A DNA stretch of 63,805 nt, filler included, from Octopus bimaculoides (Eukaryota), in assembly GCF_001194135.2 (NCBI RefSeq). It is 10 parts of 10 records of this genome, joined end to end, with 100 filler letters (N's around TTAATTAATTAA, not from the genome) between each part and the next. Parts side by side here need not be neighbours in the genome. Positions count along the whole stretch, not along the records: positions 61,803 to 63,805 come from NC_068990.1; 9 more parts are not named here. One strand, 5' to 3'. The notes beneath the pieces are model-generated. The model saw only the letters and a list, made by a program, of their open reading frames with translations. It was not told the DNA's origin and did not search any database. Every line of letters begins with the position of its first letter. Position 1 is the first letter of the stretch. Of this stretch, positions 63,740 to 63,805 are shown piece by piece. The translations under genes and the position numbers were made by a program.

Positions 63740-63805
63740 CCTGTCTGTCTGTCTGTCTGTCTACCTGTTTCTTTATATGCATATGCATATACATACAAAT
63801 ATATA

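Overview
AT-rich, microsatellite-dense animal genomic scaffold with many N gaps. It is most likely an octopus/cephalopod draft assembly (inferred from the SINE families and gap padding; no database search was possible). There are no prokaryotic features and no CRISPR array. Host coding sequence is sparse and all on the minus strand. Four frame-compatible GT-AG exons (7981-7880, 5496-5371, 4786-2520, 1514-1249) encode the Lys/Ser/Pro-rich low-complexity part of a nuclear protein that is weakly reminiscent of the KDM7/PHF8 C-terminal half and carries an array of (K/R)PDPLSL motifs. One isolated exon (19254-19127) encodes the start of the GAF-B domain of a PDE11-like phosphodiesterase. Most of the rest is transposon debris: several tRNA-headed SINE families (often in head-to-tail trains), RTE/RTE-X, R4/Dong-like and HERO-like LINEs, mariner/Tc1 copies (two with both TIRs and TA TSDs), Helitron, Gypsy and Chapaev3-like remnants, and several long palindromes/MITEs. 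The most notable object is a ~350-bp element at 60591-60936. It combines a tRNA-derived Pol III head, an (AAT)n spacer, a minimal type-I hammerhead ribozyme and an inverted copy of its own 3' tail, i.e. a candidate SINE/retrozyme hybrid mobilised by Penelope-like elements. All family assignments are by eye from remembered motifs and need alignment-based confirmation.
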